Of a DNA stretch of 64,000 bases, positions 24,800-36,619 are shown one piece after another (positions within the stretch are counted from its first letter, which is position 1; each line of letters opens with the position of its first letter). This DNA is from Rhina ancylostomus (lineage: Eukaryota), in assembly GCA_030265395.1 (NCBI GenBank), contig JARFYF010000050.1, positions 38,344,457 to 38,408,456 of the forward strand, read 5' to 3'. Both the position numbers and the translations under genes were made by a program. Under the pieces are notes generated by a model. That model worked only from the letters and a program-made list of their open reading frames with translations. It did not search any database and was not told the origin of the DNA.

Positions 24800-25165
24800 G
24801 ATTTAAAGGACTGTCCAATTAATGGAGCCACAACCTGGTTAGCGGATGGCCAAAGCCAGCGATGATCTGGTTATTCTATCGCACAGGGTACTGATACAGT
24901 GATAGAGGCTGCAGCCTTCCATAGTTCTCTCTCTGCACAACAAGCTGAACTCTTTGCTCTAACATATGCCTGCATTACAGGAAAGAATATTTCCCTTAAC
25001 ATTTACACAGACTCGCGATATGCGTTTGGTGTGTTGCGGCAGCATCGTGAATTTCTGACCTCCTCAGGTGCCCCTATTAAAAAGGCCATGTTTGTGTCTA
25101 ACTTGCTAGCGTCTCTGTCCCAACCGGCAATAGTTAAGTGTGATGCACACACTGGGAAATGCCTA
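24800..25165 (+). pseudogene. ERV RNase H remnant
   Basis: WLADG...SAQQAELFAL...NIYTDSRYAFG...LTSSGAPIK...IVKCDAH, the catalytic motifs of gamma/epsilon-type RNase H. Confidence 0.9.
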
Positions 25166-25588
25166 GGCTCTTCTGGGTCCTGTCACTCTAACAGGACCCA
25201 GAAGAGCACCGGGACAGAGGCATGTCAGCCTACAGCACACATAGTTACTAAGTGGTATAAGCCCAAATATAATCAGTCCAGAGAGCCCCCTCATTTTACA
25301 CTGACCCAGTTTACCAAGGGAGGAACATGTGCAGAATATCACCCACTGAGCAAACCACATCAAGGAACGGATAACCGAGGTACAGGAAATTGGAGACCAG
25401 TTTCACAATTACAATTCCCTGAGACCATCTTGGTAGCCTTTTAAGGGATAGTTGACAACATTTATCCAGGGTATATGCGTCATCACTGTTATTCTGTTGA
25501 TAATATTGCTTTTACACAGAGTATGCTACACTCCTGTCTTAAGTTAAATTTGCTCTAAGTGGTTATCATGGAATGATAAAGGAGGGAA

Positions 25589-26029
25589 TGTAGAAGACAA
25601 TGGGAAGGGAGCTCTGGTGAACAAAGGGTTACTCTCTCTCTCTCTCTACTGGTAAGCAGCTTGAGCCACCTGCTCGTGAAGCTTAGCAACGGTTTATCAG
25701 CCAAGCTGACTTCAAGGCCACAAGAAGAGGGTTGTTTTTGAGACTAACTGCGAAGGATGTGTTAACCTGTCTGGGACCAATGATAGTGAGAGCTGGTCAA
25801 GCACATCCAAATATGGGTATGCCAGTGCAATAGGTGGACACCAACCCGTGAACAATGTATTTAAGTTTGTTAGCACCCTGTATTCCTTGAGTCAGGCCAC
25901 ATGCAGGGAAGAGCAGCACTGACTGTTTGCTCCTCCATGTACCCTCTACTCCAGCTAGCATTAAANNNNNNNNNNNGTACACTCCTTGGTTCTGCTGTTG
26001 TCTGATTAATTACAGAGCGCAGGTTGACA
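25589..26029 (+). mobile_element. ERV LTR (single copy)
   Basis: Polypurine tract aaaggagggaa (25578-25588), then TGT...ACA termini. TATA-like tatttaa near 25858 and ATTAAA at 25960. Contains an 11-N gap. Confidence 0.75.
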
Positions 26030-26030
26030 T

Positions 26031-26050
26031 TGGCGTTAGTGGGCAAGATT
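26031..26050 (+). promoter_or_regulatory. Primer-binding site, tRNA-Ser-like
   Basis: TGGCGTTAGTGGGCAAGATT, one base after the LTR CA end, resembles the complement of the tRNA-Ser 3' end (TGGCGTAGTCGGCAGGATT). Confidence 0.7.
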
Positions 26051-27099
26051 TCACAAGGATACCTGGACACCTCCGGACTGAGTAAGTGACAGACTGCGTT
26101 CAGAAGGTCAACGGGAGAGATAAGGTGCCTTCGGACCCCTTGTGCCTGACTCCTATATTGACCTCCGGGAACACTGTGGTCCCTCATCCGAGGTCGATCT
26201 GGATCCCTGCCGAAATCCCAAAGAACCAGCAGAAGGCAAGGAGATTCACAGGTTATTTTTAAGACAGTCGTATAGTATATAAAAAGTCATTTAGTTTGAT
26301 ATAAAGAACAGAAAATATTTTGAGTTTGCTTGGTATAAGTAAGGTCATATGGAATAAATTCACTTGGTAAAAATAAGTACTTAAAGTTCGTGAGGTATAA
26401 GTTCATTTGGTATTAGAGTTCGTATGGAATAAATAAGTTCGTTTGGAAAAATAAAGAAATTCTACAGAGTTTGTTTGGGAAACAGACTTTGTTTGGAGAT
26501 AGTGTTCATTTGGAAACATAGTCTGGGATAAATTGTAATTTGATCTGAGGCAGTGAGGCCAGGATAAATTCTGATCTGGACATCAGATGTAAATCAGAAA
26601 TCAGAATGGGACAGACTTTGGGGGGGGGTGGGGGCACCCCCGTGCAACAGATGTGTTACCTGCACCCAGAACATCAAAAACAGTATCGACAATTGTTAAC
26701 TGAAGAGTGGCTGATTGGTGGCACAAGGTACACATTAAATCATCTGTTTAAAAGACATCAAGGGAGATATTTAATCTAATTTCTTTTTGAAGGCTCTAAT
26801 TTCCATCTTATTTCACGTTATCTTATAATTTAATGTTCAGTCTGCTGCTCTTTAATTTCAAGAGTGCTTTTCAGTTTGTGGTAGAAATTTATGTTTTGAA
26901 ATTGATACTTTAATGTATAAGTGTTGTTTTTGTCTTTCATATTATTAAGATTTTTTGAGAATTGAGTTCTAATAAGTTAGGTTTTAAATAGTTAATGAGC
27001 AACATTATGTACTAAAGAGAGGAAAGGAATTAGGAAAAAAGTGGAAAAGAATGAGGGAGAGGGAGACCCAGAGCTCCCTTCCCATTGTCATCTACATAC

Positions 27100-27860
27100 C
27101 TGTCTACATTAATCCTGTTAACTCCCTTGCTGATTCAAGTGCTGGTCCACATTCCTCTTAAATGTTGCAAACATCTCCACTTCCACCACATGGCAGTCTG
27201 TTCCAGACTGCAACCACCCTCTGGGTGTAAAGATACTTCCTCAGATCCCCCTAAACTTCCTACCCCTCACCTTAACCCTATTCTTTCTGGTCTCAGATAC
27301 TGCAGCCAAGGAGAAAACTTTCTTCCCTAACTATGCCTTTCATAATTTTGTATACCTCTATTGGGTCCTCACCCTTGAAACCCTGGTGTTCCCTGCTGCG
27401 TTCTTTTGCCTTCGTCTGTGAAGGAANNNNNNNNNNNNNNNNNNNNNNNNNNNNNNNNNNNNNNNNNNNNNNNNNNNNNNNNNNNNNNNNNNNNNNNNNN
27501 NNNNNNNNNNNNNNNNNNNNNNNNNNTCCAGCATCTGACATCCTTTGTTCCTCTAAATTCTCTAGTTCTGTCTGTAAATGGCTTATATTTGCTCTTGCTA
27601 GTCTTTTCCTTTTTACATACCTATAAAAGCTTCTATTGTCCCACTTTTCATATTCTACCTTGTCTAACTTTATCAATTTCCTGGCTTTTCTTTGCAAAGT
27701 TCTAAGCCAGAGGTGACTCAGCCACCTCTGCTCCAAGGAAAACAAACCCAGCCTATCCAGTCCCTCCTCATTACTGAAACACTCTATCCCAGGCAACATC
27801 CCAGTAAATCTTCTCTGCAGCCTCTCAAGTACAATCACAACCTTGCCATAGTGTGGCAAG
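27100..27860 (-). mobile_element. CR1 LINE 3' fragment, interrupted by an inverted duplication
   Basis: LERLQRRFTGMLPG...LDRLGLFSLEQR, then resumes DPIEVYKIMKG after an inserted segment. Confidence 0.75.
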
Positions 27861-29239
27861 GATAATGGAGGAAGGGGTGGAAGTTGGAGTAGAGGAAATA
27901 AGAGGTGTGTGCAATAGGAGAAATACGGTAGTCACAGGGGAATATATAAAGACTGGACAATTACCATCACTGTGATGAAGGACACATTTATGGAATGATG
28001 GTTTTCTGGATTGTAGGTTCAGGAATCAATAGGGGAAGAGGATATTTTGGGTCTCATTTTGCATAATGAGAAAGCGTTTGTTGGCAATCTTGCTGTAAAG
28101 GGGTCTTTGGGAAAGAGTGACCGTAACAGGATGGAACTTTGCAATGAGTGTGAAAGCGATTCAGTTCAATTTGAAAACTGGGTCTTACATCTAAACATTT
28201 AAAATTATAAAGGTGTGAGGTGAGATTTGGCCCTGGTTGATTGGGACAGAATATCAAAAAGTATGGTGGTAACAGATCATGGCTAGCATTTAAATCAAGC
28301 ACAGAATATATGACAGTAAACTCAACAGAAAATGTGTTCTAATATGGCTGAAATGAGAAATTTAAGATAGTCTGAATTCAAAGAAGGGATTTACAAAATT
28401 ATTGAAAATAACAATTGGCCTGTGAGGATTGGAAGCATTTTAGAACTTTGCAAAGAAGAGCCAGGAAATTGATAAAGTTAGACAAGGTAGAATATGAAAA
28501 GTGGGACAATAGAAGCTTCTATAGGTATGTAAAAAGGAAAAGACTAGCAAGAGCAAATATAAGCCATTTACAGATAGAACTGGAGAATTTTCTTCTATTT
28601 AGAGTTCTTCTATTTCTTTAGAAATGAGTTTAGAATTTAGAGTTCTTCTATTTCTATAGAAATTGTTCTTCTATTTAGAGAAACGAAGGTTGTCAGATGC
28701 TGGAATCTAGATGAAAAAAAAACAAGATTCAGGAGGAACTCAGCAAGTCATGAAGTATCCATGGTGTCACAATGTTGATCCGGAGCAAACTCACAGAGAA
28801 CCCAAATGTGGCACACTGATACAAGACTGGAGTCAGGATANNNNNNNNNNNNNNNNNNNNNNNNNNNNNNNNNNNNNNNNNNNNNNNNNNNNNNNNNNNN
28901 NNNNNNNNNNNNNNNNNNNNNNNNNNNNNNNNNNNNNNNNGCATGGAATCCATGTGCTGGACAACAAGGCATTAATGGAGCCAAATGAGGGCCAGAACTC
29001 AGAACCATGACACATGGAGAAAAATGGTCAACATTTCAGGAGAATTTATCTTGGGAAATAAGGAATTATGTTATATCTGCCTTCACCGACGAAGGCAAAA
29101 GAACCCAGCGGGAAACACCAGAGATTCAAGGGTGTGGCAGGACCGAGGGACTGAAGAAATGTGAAACAGTGCCAGAGAAGTTGGCGACACTAAACGCTGA
29201 TAAATCCCAAGGACTGACAGGAGGGGAGATGATCTTAAG

Positions 29240-29470
29240 GTGATTGGAGGAAGGTGTAAGGGGGGTGTCAGGGGTAAGATTTTTACACAGGGAGTGGTGG
29301 GTGTGTGGAACACAGTGCCGGCAGAGGTGGTGGGGGGGCAGATACAGTAGGGACATTTAAGGGACTCGTAGACACATGAACGATAGAGGAATGGAGGCCG
29401 ATGTGGGAGGGAAGGGTCCGGTAGATCTGCGAGCGGGATAAAACGTCAGCACGTTGTGGGCCGACGTTCT
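29240..29470 (+). mobile_element. CR1 LINE 3' end
   Basis: tttttacacagggagtggtgggtgtgtggaacacagtgcc...acatttaag...gtgggccga tail. Confidence 0.7.
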
Positions 29471-29569
29471 ATGGAGAGTTTGGAAAAGGCACTTTAGAGA
29501 CGGTGAGGGTTCTGGTTACCATCGTCTACACCCCTGGAATTGGCTGTCGGATATGGTAAACCCTTCAAC

Positions 29570-29808
29570 AGTTCGGAGGCGGGGTACTGACAGGAGCGGC
29601 GGGCGGCCGGCGGCCGGCGGGCGGGATCCCCTCCGCGCTCTGCCCACAATGCAAGCGGACGAGGGTTGTCAATCAAACCCCATGACGCCCGGCCTGGCCT
29701 GCTGGCCCCACCCACTATTTCCCGGCCGCGCTCTCTGATTGGCGCTGGTTTTGCCGCAGTCAGGCGCAGCAGGGCAGCTTCACTTGGGGTCCTGTCGTTT
29801 CGGACAAG
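29570..29808 (+). promoter_or_regulatory. MRPS7 CpG-island promoter
   Basis: CpG-dense, TATA-less. GC box ggaggcgggg near 29575; ZNF143/Staf-like TGCCCACAATGCA at 29641-29653; inverted CCAAT (ATTGG) at 29738; YY1-type CAAGATGGCGGC overlapping the ATG. Confidence 0.8.
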
Positions 29809-29870
29809 ATGGCGGCGACTTGCGGCTGGCGGTCGGCGGGTTGTCTGAGCGGGAAAGTCCGGCTGTCGTG
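29809..29870 (+). CDS. MRPS7: MRPS7 exon 1 (mitochondrial targeting peptide)
   Basis: aagATGG Kozak context; MAATCGWRSAGCLSGKVRLS(W) is basic with no acidic residues; phase-2 GTGGGT donor fits exon 2. Confidence 0.8.
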
Positions 29871-30981
29871 GTGGGTGGGGTGTAGGGAGCGGTAGTGGGG
29901 TAGGTGNNNNNNNNNNNNNNNNNNNNNNNNNNNNNNNNNNNNNNNNNNNNNNNNNNNNNNNNNNNNNNNNNNNNNNNNNNNNNNNNNNNNNNNNNNNNNN
30001 NNNNNNNNNNNNNNNNNNNNNNNNNNNNNNNNNNNNNNNNNNNNNNNNNNNNNNNNNNNNNNNNNNNNNNNNNNNNNNNNNNNNNNNNNNNNNNNNNNNN
30101 NNNNNNNNNNNNNNNNNNNNNNNNNNNNNNNNNNNNNNNNNNNNNNNNNNNNNNNNNNNNNNNNNNNNNNNNNNNNNNNNNNNNNNNNNNNNNNNNNNNN
30201 NNNNNNNNNNNNNNNNNNNNNNNNNNNNNNNNNNNNNNNNNNNNNNNNNNNNNNNNNNNNNNNNNNNNNNNNNNNNNNNNNNNNNNNNNNNNNNNNNNNN
30301 NNNNNNNNNNNNNNNNNNNNNNNNNNNNNNNNNNNNNNNNNNNNNNNNNNNNNNNNNNNNNNNNNNNNNNNNNNNNNNNNNNNNNNNNNNNNNNNNNNNN
30401 NNNNNNNNNNNNNNNNNNNNNNNNNNNNNNNNNNNNNNNNNNNNNNNNNNNNNNNNNNNNNNNNNNNNNNNNNNNNNNNNNNNNNNNNNNNNNNNNNNNN
30501 NNNNNNNNNNNNNNNNNNNNNNNNNNNNNNNNNNNNNNNNNNNNNNNNNNNNNNNNNNNNNNNNNNNNNNNNNNNNNNNNNNNNNNNNNNNNNNNNNNNN
30601 NNNNNNNNNNNNNNNNNNNNNNNNNNNNNNNNNNNNNNNNNNNNNNNNNNNNNNNNNNNNNNNNNNNNNNNNNNNNNNNNNNNNNNNNNNNNNNNNNNNN
30701 NNGAGGGGTGGGAGTATGTGTGAGAGGGTGGGAAGATGTGGGCAGATGGTTGGGCTGCACAGCTCTGAGGAAGGGTGGGGGGCTGTGAGGGTAAATGTCT
30801 CAGGGTGTGGGTTGAGGGGGTGGGGGAAGTACCACATTGAAGTGTGTTAACAATGTGTTTATTGTGGAGGGATCAGTGTGTCCCGGGACATGTTGAGTGG
30901 GCAGAGTGCTGATGGGGGAAGGTGGGGTTTTGGGGTTTATCTGAAGTCCTGTCCTGTTCTCATTTACCTCGGTGTCCTCAG

Positions 30982-31173
30982 GGTGACACCAGTGCGGTGG
31001 TCACGGTACAATCGCTATTACCTGGAGCCTGTGATCAGCAAGGAACAGCAGCGGACTCCAGCCACTGAGCTCAGCGCAGAGGAGAGGGCAGCCCTGGAGC
31101 AAAAGGCAGCTCAACCAATAAAGGCTGCCCCGAATGACATAACCAGCAGCGTCTTCAGTGACCCAATGATCAA
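30982..31173 (+). CDS. MRPS7: MRPS7 exon 2
   Basis: VTPVRWSRYNRYYLEP...PIKAAPNDITSSVFSDPMI; AG/GT boundaries, 192 nt. Confidence 0.95.
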
Positions 31174-31969
31174 GTCAGTGTCTTGAACTGCAGCAAAAAT
31201 GCATTCCTGTAAAATGTAAAAACACAACAGGAAAAGTGGTTTACAAGAGAAAATAATAGTTTTAAAAGTATGAAGTGGCTTGTATAGTTGCCAGAAAAAG
31301 CAGTAAGTTGAAGGATTGGAAGGTTGTAGAATTCCGCAAAGGGTGTTGAAGAAATTTGAGGGAAAGGAAAATGAAGTGTGAGAGTGAATCAGTGAAAGAC
31401 ACAAACACAGACTGTGAGAGCTTACATAGAGATGTAAAAAGCAAATGTGGGTCCCTTACAAACAAAGATGGGAGAATTTATGATGGGGAATAAGGAAATA
31501 GTAGAATTAAATTTAAAAAAAAACACAAACATCTCAAGTACTGGAGAAACAAAGGTCCAATACAAACGAGGATGTGGAACAAAGTTAATGAGCATGAAAA
31601 ATGACAAGTGCTGAAGACGTGATGATCTCGATCCCAGGGTTTCTGTTTATCATCTTTGAAAATTCTATAGATTCCAGAATGGACGGTGCAATTTGGAGAG
31701 TAGCAAATGTGAGACCAATATTCAAGAAAGGAGGGAGCAAGAAATTGGGGAACTATTGACCTGTTAGTCTTGGGTAGCAATGAACCATTTCTGCCAGTTT
31801 GCAAGGTGCAGGAGCCTTGCTCCACACAATCCTGATGGCTATTGCTCAGTCTGTCTTTGCACAGTGTCTTCCTATGGGCAGTGGGGGGCTATCTGACTTG
31901 CACTTTGGTGTTTATTGGGTTTTTCAAACATAAAGATGAAATAAAAAAAACAATGAGTTGCTGTTTATC

Positions 31970-32835
31970 ATCTATATCAATGATTTGGATGAGAATATAC
32001 AAGGCATGGTTAGCAAGTTTGCAGATGACGATAGGTGGTGGTGTTGACAGGTGATTTTCAGGATTTACAGAGGGATCTTGATCAGTAGGGTAAGTGGGTC
32101 TAGGAATGACAAATGGAGTTTAATTCATATAAATGTGAGTTGTTGCATTTTGGGAAGACAAAGTAGGGTAGGACTTTCACAGTTAATGGTAGGGCCCCAG
32201 GGAGTGTTGTAGAACAGAGGGACCTTGGAGTACATGGTTCTCTGAAAGTGGCCTCGCAGGTAGCCAGGGTGGTGAAGGTGGCTTTTGGCCCGCTGGCCTT
32301 CATCAGTCAGGGCATCGAGTATAGAAGGTTATGTTGCGGACACTGGTGAGGCCACATTTGAAATATTGTGTTTGGTTTTGGTCACCCTGCTGTGGGAAAG
32401 AGTGCAGGGAAAATTTATGAGGATCTTGCTGGGACTTGAGGGACTGAGTTATGGAGAGAGGTTGAGTAGGTTGGGACTTTTCTCATTGGAGCATTGGAGA
32501 ATGAGGGTTGATCTTATAGAGGTGTATAAAATCATGACGGGGTTAGGGTGAATGCGCACAGTGGTTTTCTCAGGGTTGGGGAATCAAGAACTAGAGGGTA
32601 TAGATCTAAGGTGAGAGGGGAGAGATTTAACAGGAACCTGAGGGGCAACTTCTTCACCCAGAGAGTGGTCAGTATATGGAACGAGCTGCCAGAGGCAGGT
32701 ACATTAACATTTAAAAGGTACTTGGACAGGTACGTGGATGGGAAAGATTTAGAGGGATATGGGACTGGTTTAGATGGGAATGTTGATTGGCATGAACCAG
32801 TTGGGCCTAAGGGCCTGTTTCTGTGCTGTGAGACT
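31970..32835 (+). mobile_element. CR1 LINE ORF2 3' part (MRPS7 intron 2)
   Basis: SKFADD-like segment, LSYGERLSRLGLFSLE..DLIEVYKIM and FFTQRVVSIWNELP; ends just before the exon 3 acceptor. Confidence 0.9.
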
Positions 32836-32865
32836 ATAACTATATCCGTTTTATTTGTTTTTCAG

Positions 32866-32929
32866 CAAATTCATCAACATGATGATGAAGGGAGGTCAGA
32901 AATTGCTGTCCAGGTCAATCATGAACAAG
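32866..32929 (+). CDS. MRPS7: MRPS7 exon 3
   Basis: ttttcag acceptor, GTAACA donor. Encodes KFINMMMKGGQKLLSRSIMNK, the uS7 motif; not in the ORF-track frame. Confidence 0.95.
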
Positions 32930-32989
32930 GTAACAGTTGATTGTACCCTGTATTTCTGCAACACCACCCCTCACACCCTGCCACACCCA

Positions 32990-33730
32990 AAGATAGGCAA
33001 TTAAATTGTGAAGAAAGATAACGAGGTTACAAAGGGATGTGGGTGGCTTAAGTGATAAAGCAAAATCTAGTAAATGGATTTTCATATGAAAATGTGAAAT
33101 TGTTCATTTTTGCAGGAACAATAAAAAAAGAAGCATATCTAAATGGTGAGAGATTGCAGGGCTCAGAGATGCAAAGGGTCTGAGTGACCTGGCATTGTCA
33201 TTTATTGGTAGGGGAATTGAATACTAAAGCAGGGAGATCATGTCTCAGTTAGAGTGGGCACTGGTGAGACCTGAAGTACCATGTGCAGAATTGATCTTGA
33301 AGATGTAAATATATTGAAAGCTGTTCAGAGAATGTTTACAAGACTGATGCCTGGAATAGGCAGGTTATCTTAGTAGCCAAGGTTGGACAGGCTAGGCTTG
33401 TGTCCTCTAGAATTTAGAATAGAGATGTGACTTGATTAAAACATGTAAAATGCTGTATATGAAGAGGATGTTTCCTCTTTTGAGCAAATCTATAACTGAG
33501 GATCCCTTTGTATTTGGAAAAGGCCGTGTTCATTTAAGATACACAAGGCAATTTTTTTCTCAGAGGGTTATGAGTCTTTGGAACTTTCCCTTGGAAAGCA
33601 GTGGAAGTGAAGTCCTTGAATATTTTTAAGGTAGAAGTAGATTGTTCTTGATAACTGGAGGGGAAAGGTTACTTGGGTAATGGTTGGGCAGGGCTGAGGG
33701 GGCCAGATGGCCTATTCCTGCCCCTAATGT
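32990..33730 (+). mobile_element. Older CR1 LINE 3' part (MRPS7 intron 3)
   Basis: Degenerate QRMFTRLMPG, LDRLGL and FFSQRVMSLWN motifs. Confidence 0.7.
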
Positions 33731-34707
33731 GTCTGTTTGCAGCCCCCGTCCAGTTCAAGTGAAGCATGTCCCAGTGAAGAGCACCTCCAGAACTGTAGGA
33801 AAAAAGCAATCAAGCCTAAAGTCAGAAAACCTGGTCACATTGAAACATCTGAGAACAGGCCAAAAGTGAAAATTGAGCTGAAGTCCCTGTGTAATTGCAA
33901 CCACACCAGTCCGATTATGTTTCTTATGTGAAGTTCTATTGCGAACAGGCCCTCAAAGGTGGCACTGCGTCATGGCTTACCCAAAGCATTGAGATTTTAA
34001 CACTACCTTTTGACACACAGCTTGAACCTAAAGTACAGATGGGCAGAAAGAAGAAAAAGATGCAAAATTCTTATTTCACATCAAAGCCTTATTCTCTGTT
34101 ATAACTGCTTTATGGATCTGGTGTTCACTTTAACCAATCTCTTCCTTTTTCTATCCTAGAAGCTTTTAAAATCTGTTATATTTCTTGTGAGTTTTCCTCT
34201 TGCATTTATTTTCTCTCTTCTTTTGTGATGCCTTAAATTAAACCATGCCAATCGTCAGACTGGCTACGCTCGACAAACATTGTTGGTCTCTTTTTAATCC
34301 AGTATTATCTTTAATCTTTTCAACACAGATGGATTAGCTTTCCCTGGAATGTGTTTCTCCTGCGAACTCTTTTAAAAAAAAATTGCCATGGCTTATCTAA
34401 CTTCTTTATATCCATTCTGCTGACCTAACATAGAGCTCACCCCTTACGCTGCATTGTTACACAATGATGTACCAATACTCAGCAAGCCTGCACCCACAAG
34501 TCTTGTGCTATACTGTTCCTCCCAGGCTGCCTCCCATTCAGTATCTAAGGAGTATGCCAGCTGTGCTGAGACCTGCCCATTGCACCATGTGTAAGGGCTC
34601 TCCATTGATACTTTAATGGCATGCTTTCTCAGACTAATTTGGGGAACTGGGAGTCCTGAGTGGTGGTGTTAAATGGTATGATCTAATGAAGGATTTGTGT
34701 TCACTAG

Positions 34708-34875
34708 ACCTTTGAATTGATAAAACGGAAGCAGATTGAAAGCTACCACAAGGCCCCTGAGTCTGCAAAGGATGTCATTGAATGTAACCCATACAAGATC
34801 TTCCACCAAGCTCTGGAGAATTGTCAGCCTGTCCTAGGGTTAACCAGTGTACAGCGAGGTGGCAAGTCTTACCAG
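34708..34875 (+). CDS. MRPS7: MRPS7 exon 4
   Basis: TFELIKRKQIESYHKA...IECNPYKIFHQALENCQPVLGLTSVQRGGKSYQ; tag/GTATG boundaries. Confidence 0.96.
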
Positions 34876-34999
34876 GTATGCCTGCCTGACGCTGAGTGCT
34901 GCCTTTCATCGAAGCTTTTGGTTTGTTTCTTGCCTCTTGCATCTCGTGACTTAAGTCCCGTCCTGCTGTGGCTACTCCAGCATGAATCAGAATTGGCTT

Positions 35000-36030
35000 G
35001 CCCATAGAAGACAGAGGGTGGTGGTTGATGGGACTCATTCTGGCTGGGGGGTCTGTGAACAGTGGTGTTCAGCAGGGACCTCTGCTGATTGTGATATCTA
35101 TAAATGATTTGGATGAAAGTGTGGATGGCTGGGTTCATAAGTTTGCAAGTGATACAAAGATTGCTGGCATTATGAATAGTGTAGAAGATTGCCAAAGGAT
35201 ACAGCGGGATGTAGATCAGTTCCAGATACAGGTGGGGAAATACCAGATAGAGTGTAATCCGGACAGGTGTGAGGTATTGTAGTTTGAGAGATCAAATGTA
35301 AAGGGACAGTGCGCAGTTAATGGCAGGACTCCTAACAGTGTTGATGTACAGACGGATCTGGGGTCCAACTTCATAGCTCACTGAAAGTGGCTGCACAGAT
35401 TGATAGGGTGGTAAAGAAGGTGTACGGCATGCTTGCCTTTATTAGTTGAGGCACTGAGTTCAAGAGTCAGAAAGTTATGTTGCAGGTTTATAAAACTCTG
35501 GTTAGGCTGCGTCTGGAGTATTACATTCAATTCTGGTTGCCCTATTAGAGGAAGAGTGTGGAGGCTTTGGAGAGGGTGCAGAAGAGGTTCACCAGGATGC
35601 TGCCTGGATTGGAGGGCATGTGCTATAAAGAGGTTGGACAAACTTGGGTTGTTTTCTTTGGAATGGCTCGGGGAGACCTGATAGAAGTTTATAAGACTGA
35701 GAGGCACAGATGGAGTAGACAGTCAGTATCTTTCTGCCAGGGTCGAAATGTCTAATACTAGAGAGCATGCATTTAAGGTGAGAGGGGGAGGGTTCAAAGG
35801 AGATATGTGGGGCAAATTTGTTACACAGAGCAGTGGGTGCCTGGAATGTGCTGCTAGGGGTGGTGGTGGAGACATACAATAGATGCGTTTAAGATGCTCA
35901 TAGATAGGCACATGAATGTGCAGAGAATGGAGGGATATGGACATTGTGTAGGTGGAAGGGATTATTTTAGGTGTTTAATTAGTTCAGCACAAGGTCGGGG
36001 CTGGAGGGTCTGTTCCTGTGCTATTCCTAT
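35000..36030 (+). mobile_element. CR1 LINE ORF2 3' part (MRPS7 intron 4)
   Basis: SGVQQG..INDLD...KFASDTKI...CEV; ALERVQKRFTRMLPGLEG; GDLIEVYK. Confidence 0.9.
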
Positions 36031-36619
36031 GAATCTGAGTGGCATGACTTCTTGTTTCTCTGACCTGGTGAATGTCCACGTACAATTGTGTCTGCACAAA
36101 TGTGTACACTTCTGTGTACATACAACTTCTGTACAAATACACTTGAATGCAAGTTTATGAAATGTGTATCTATATATGCTGGGGTGTATTTGTACATCTA
36201 TGCACAACCACATGCAATCATCCATGTCGCTTTTGAACGAGTCCACATGCATGTCTGGCCAGGGTGAAGCTCTGAGCCCCACACTCCAGTGCTGAGGGGC
36301 CACGTTGTTCTCACCAGCTTGCCCGATGCCACACCCCGCAGGCTGCTCTCCGCACCAAGCCACAGGCAGTTTATTGCCACGAGAGCGCCAATGGAGGCGA
36401 GGATTTGCGACACATTCCTTGCACAGAGCTGGGTGGTTCAGGGCAGGTTCCTGGCACCAGTGCTGTCAGTGACGTGTCTCCCAATATGTTATGCTGAAAT
36501 GACCCCTTTTAGAGCTGATTCCATTAGTGTCCTTGTTCCAAGAAACATATCCTGAGTGTCAGTGCATCAGAACATATCGTGAGCACCAGTGTCATTTCAG
36601 TGTTTAAAAGCAAATAAAT

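Larger units (their letters stand above)
23040..26730 (+). mobile_element. Degraded endogenous retrovirus (class I, epsilon-like), internally deleted and permuted around one LTR
   Basis: Gag capsid-like EDFWECF..AHQTYAG; protease C-terminus (degenerate NLLGRDLL, then LEILCTDRGVYV); 2H-like domain; RT N-terminus (PSIPQDPLKP); RNase H (SAQQAELFALTYAC...LNIYTDSRYAFGV...IVKCDAH); then PPT, LTR, PBS and MGQT gag start. Confidence 0.85.

Noticed and set aside
29494-30837. Long ORFs of 300-450 aa near 29.5-30.8 kb (and similar ones at 62.1-63.0 kb)
   Set aside because: They are artefacts of translating through N gaps.
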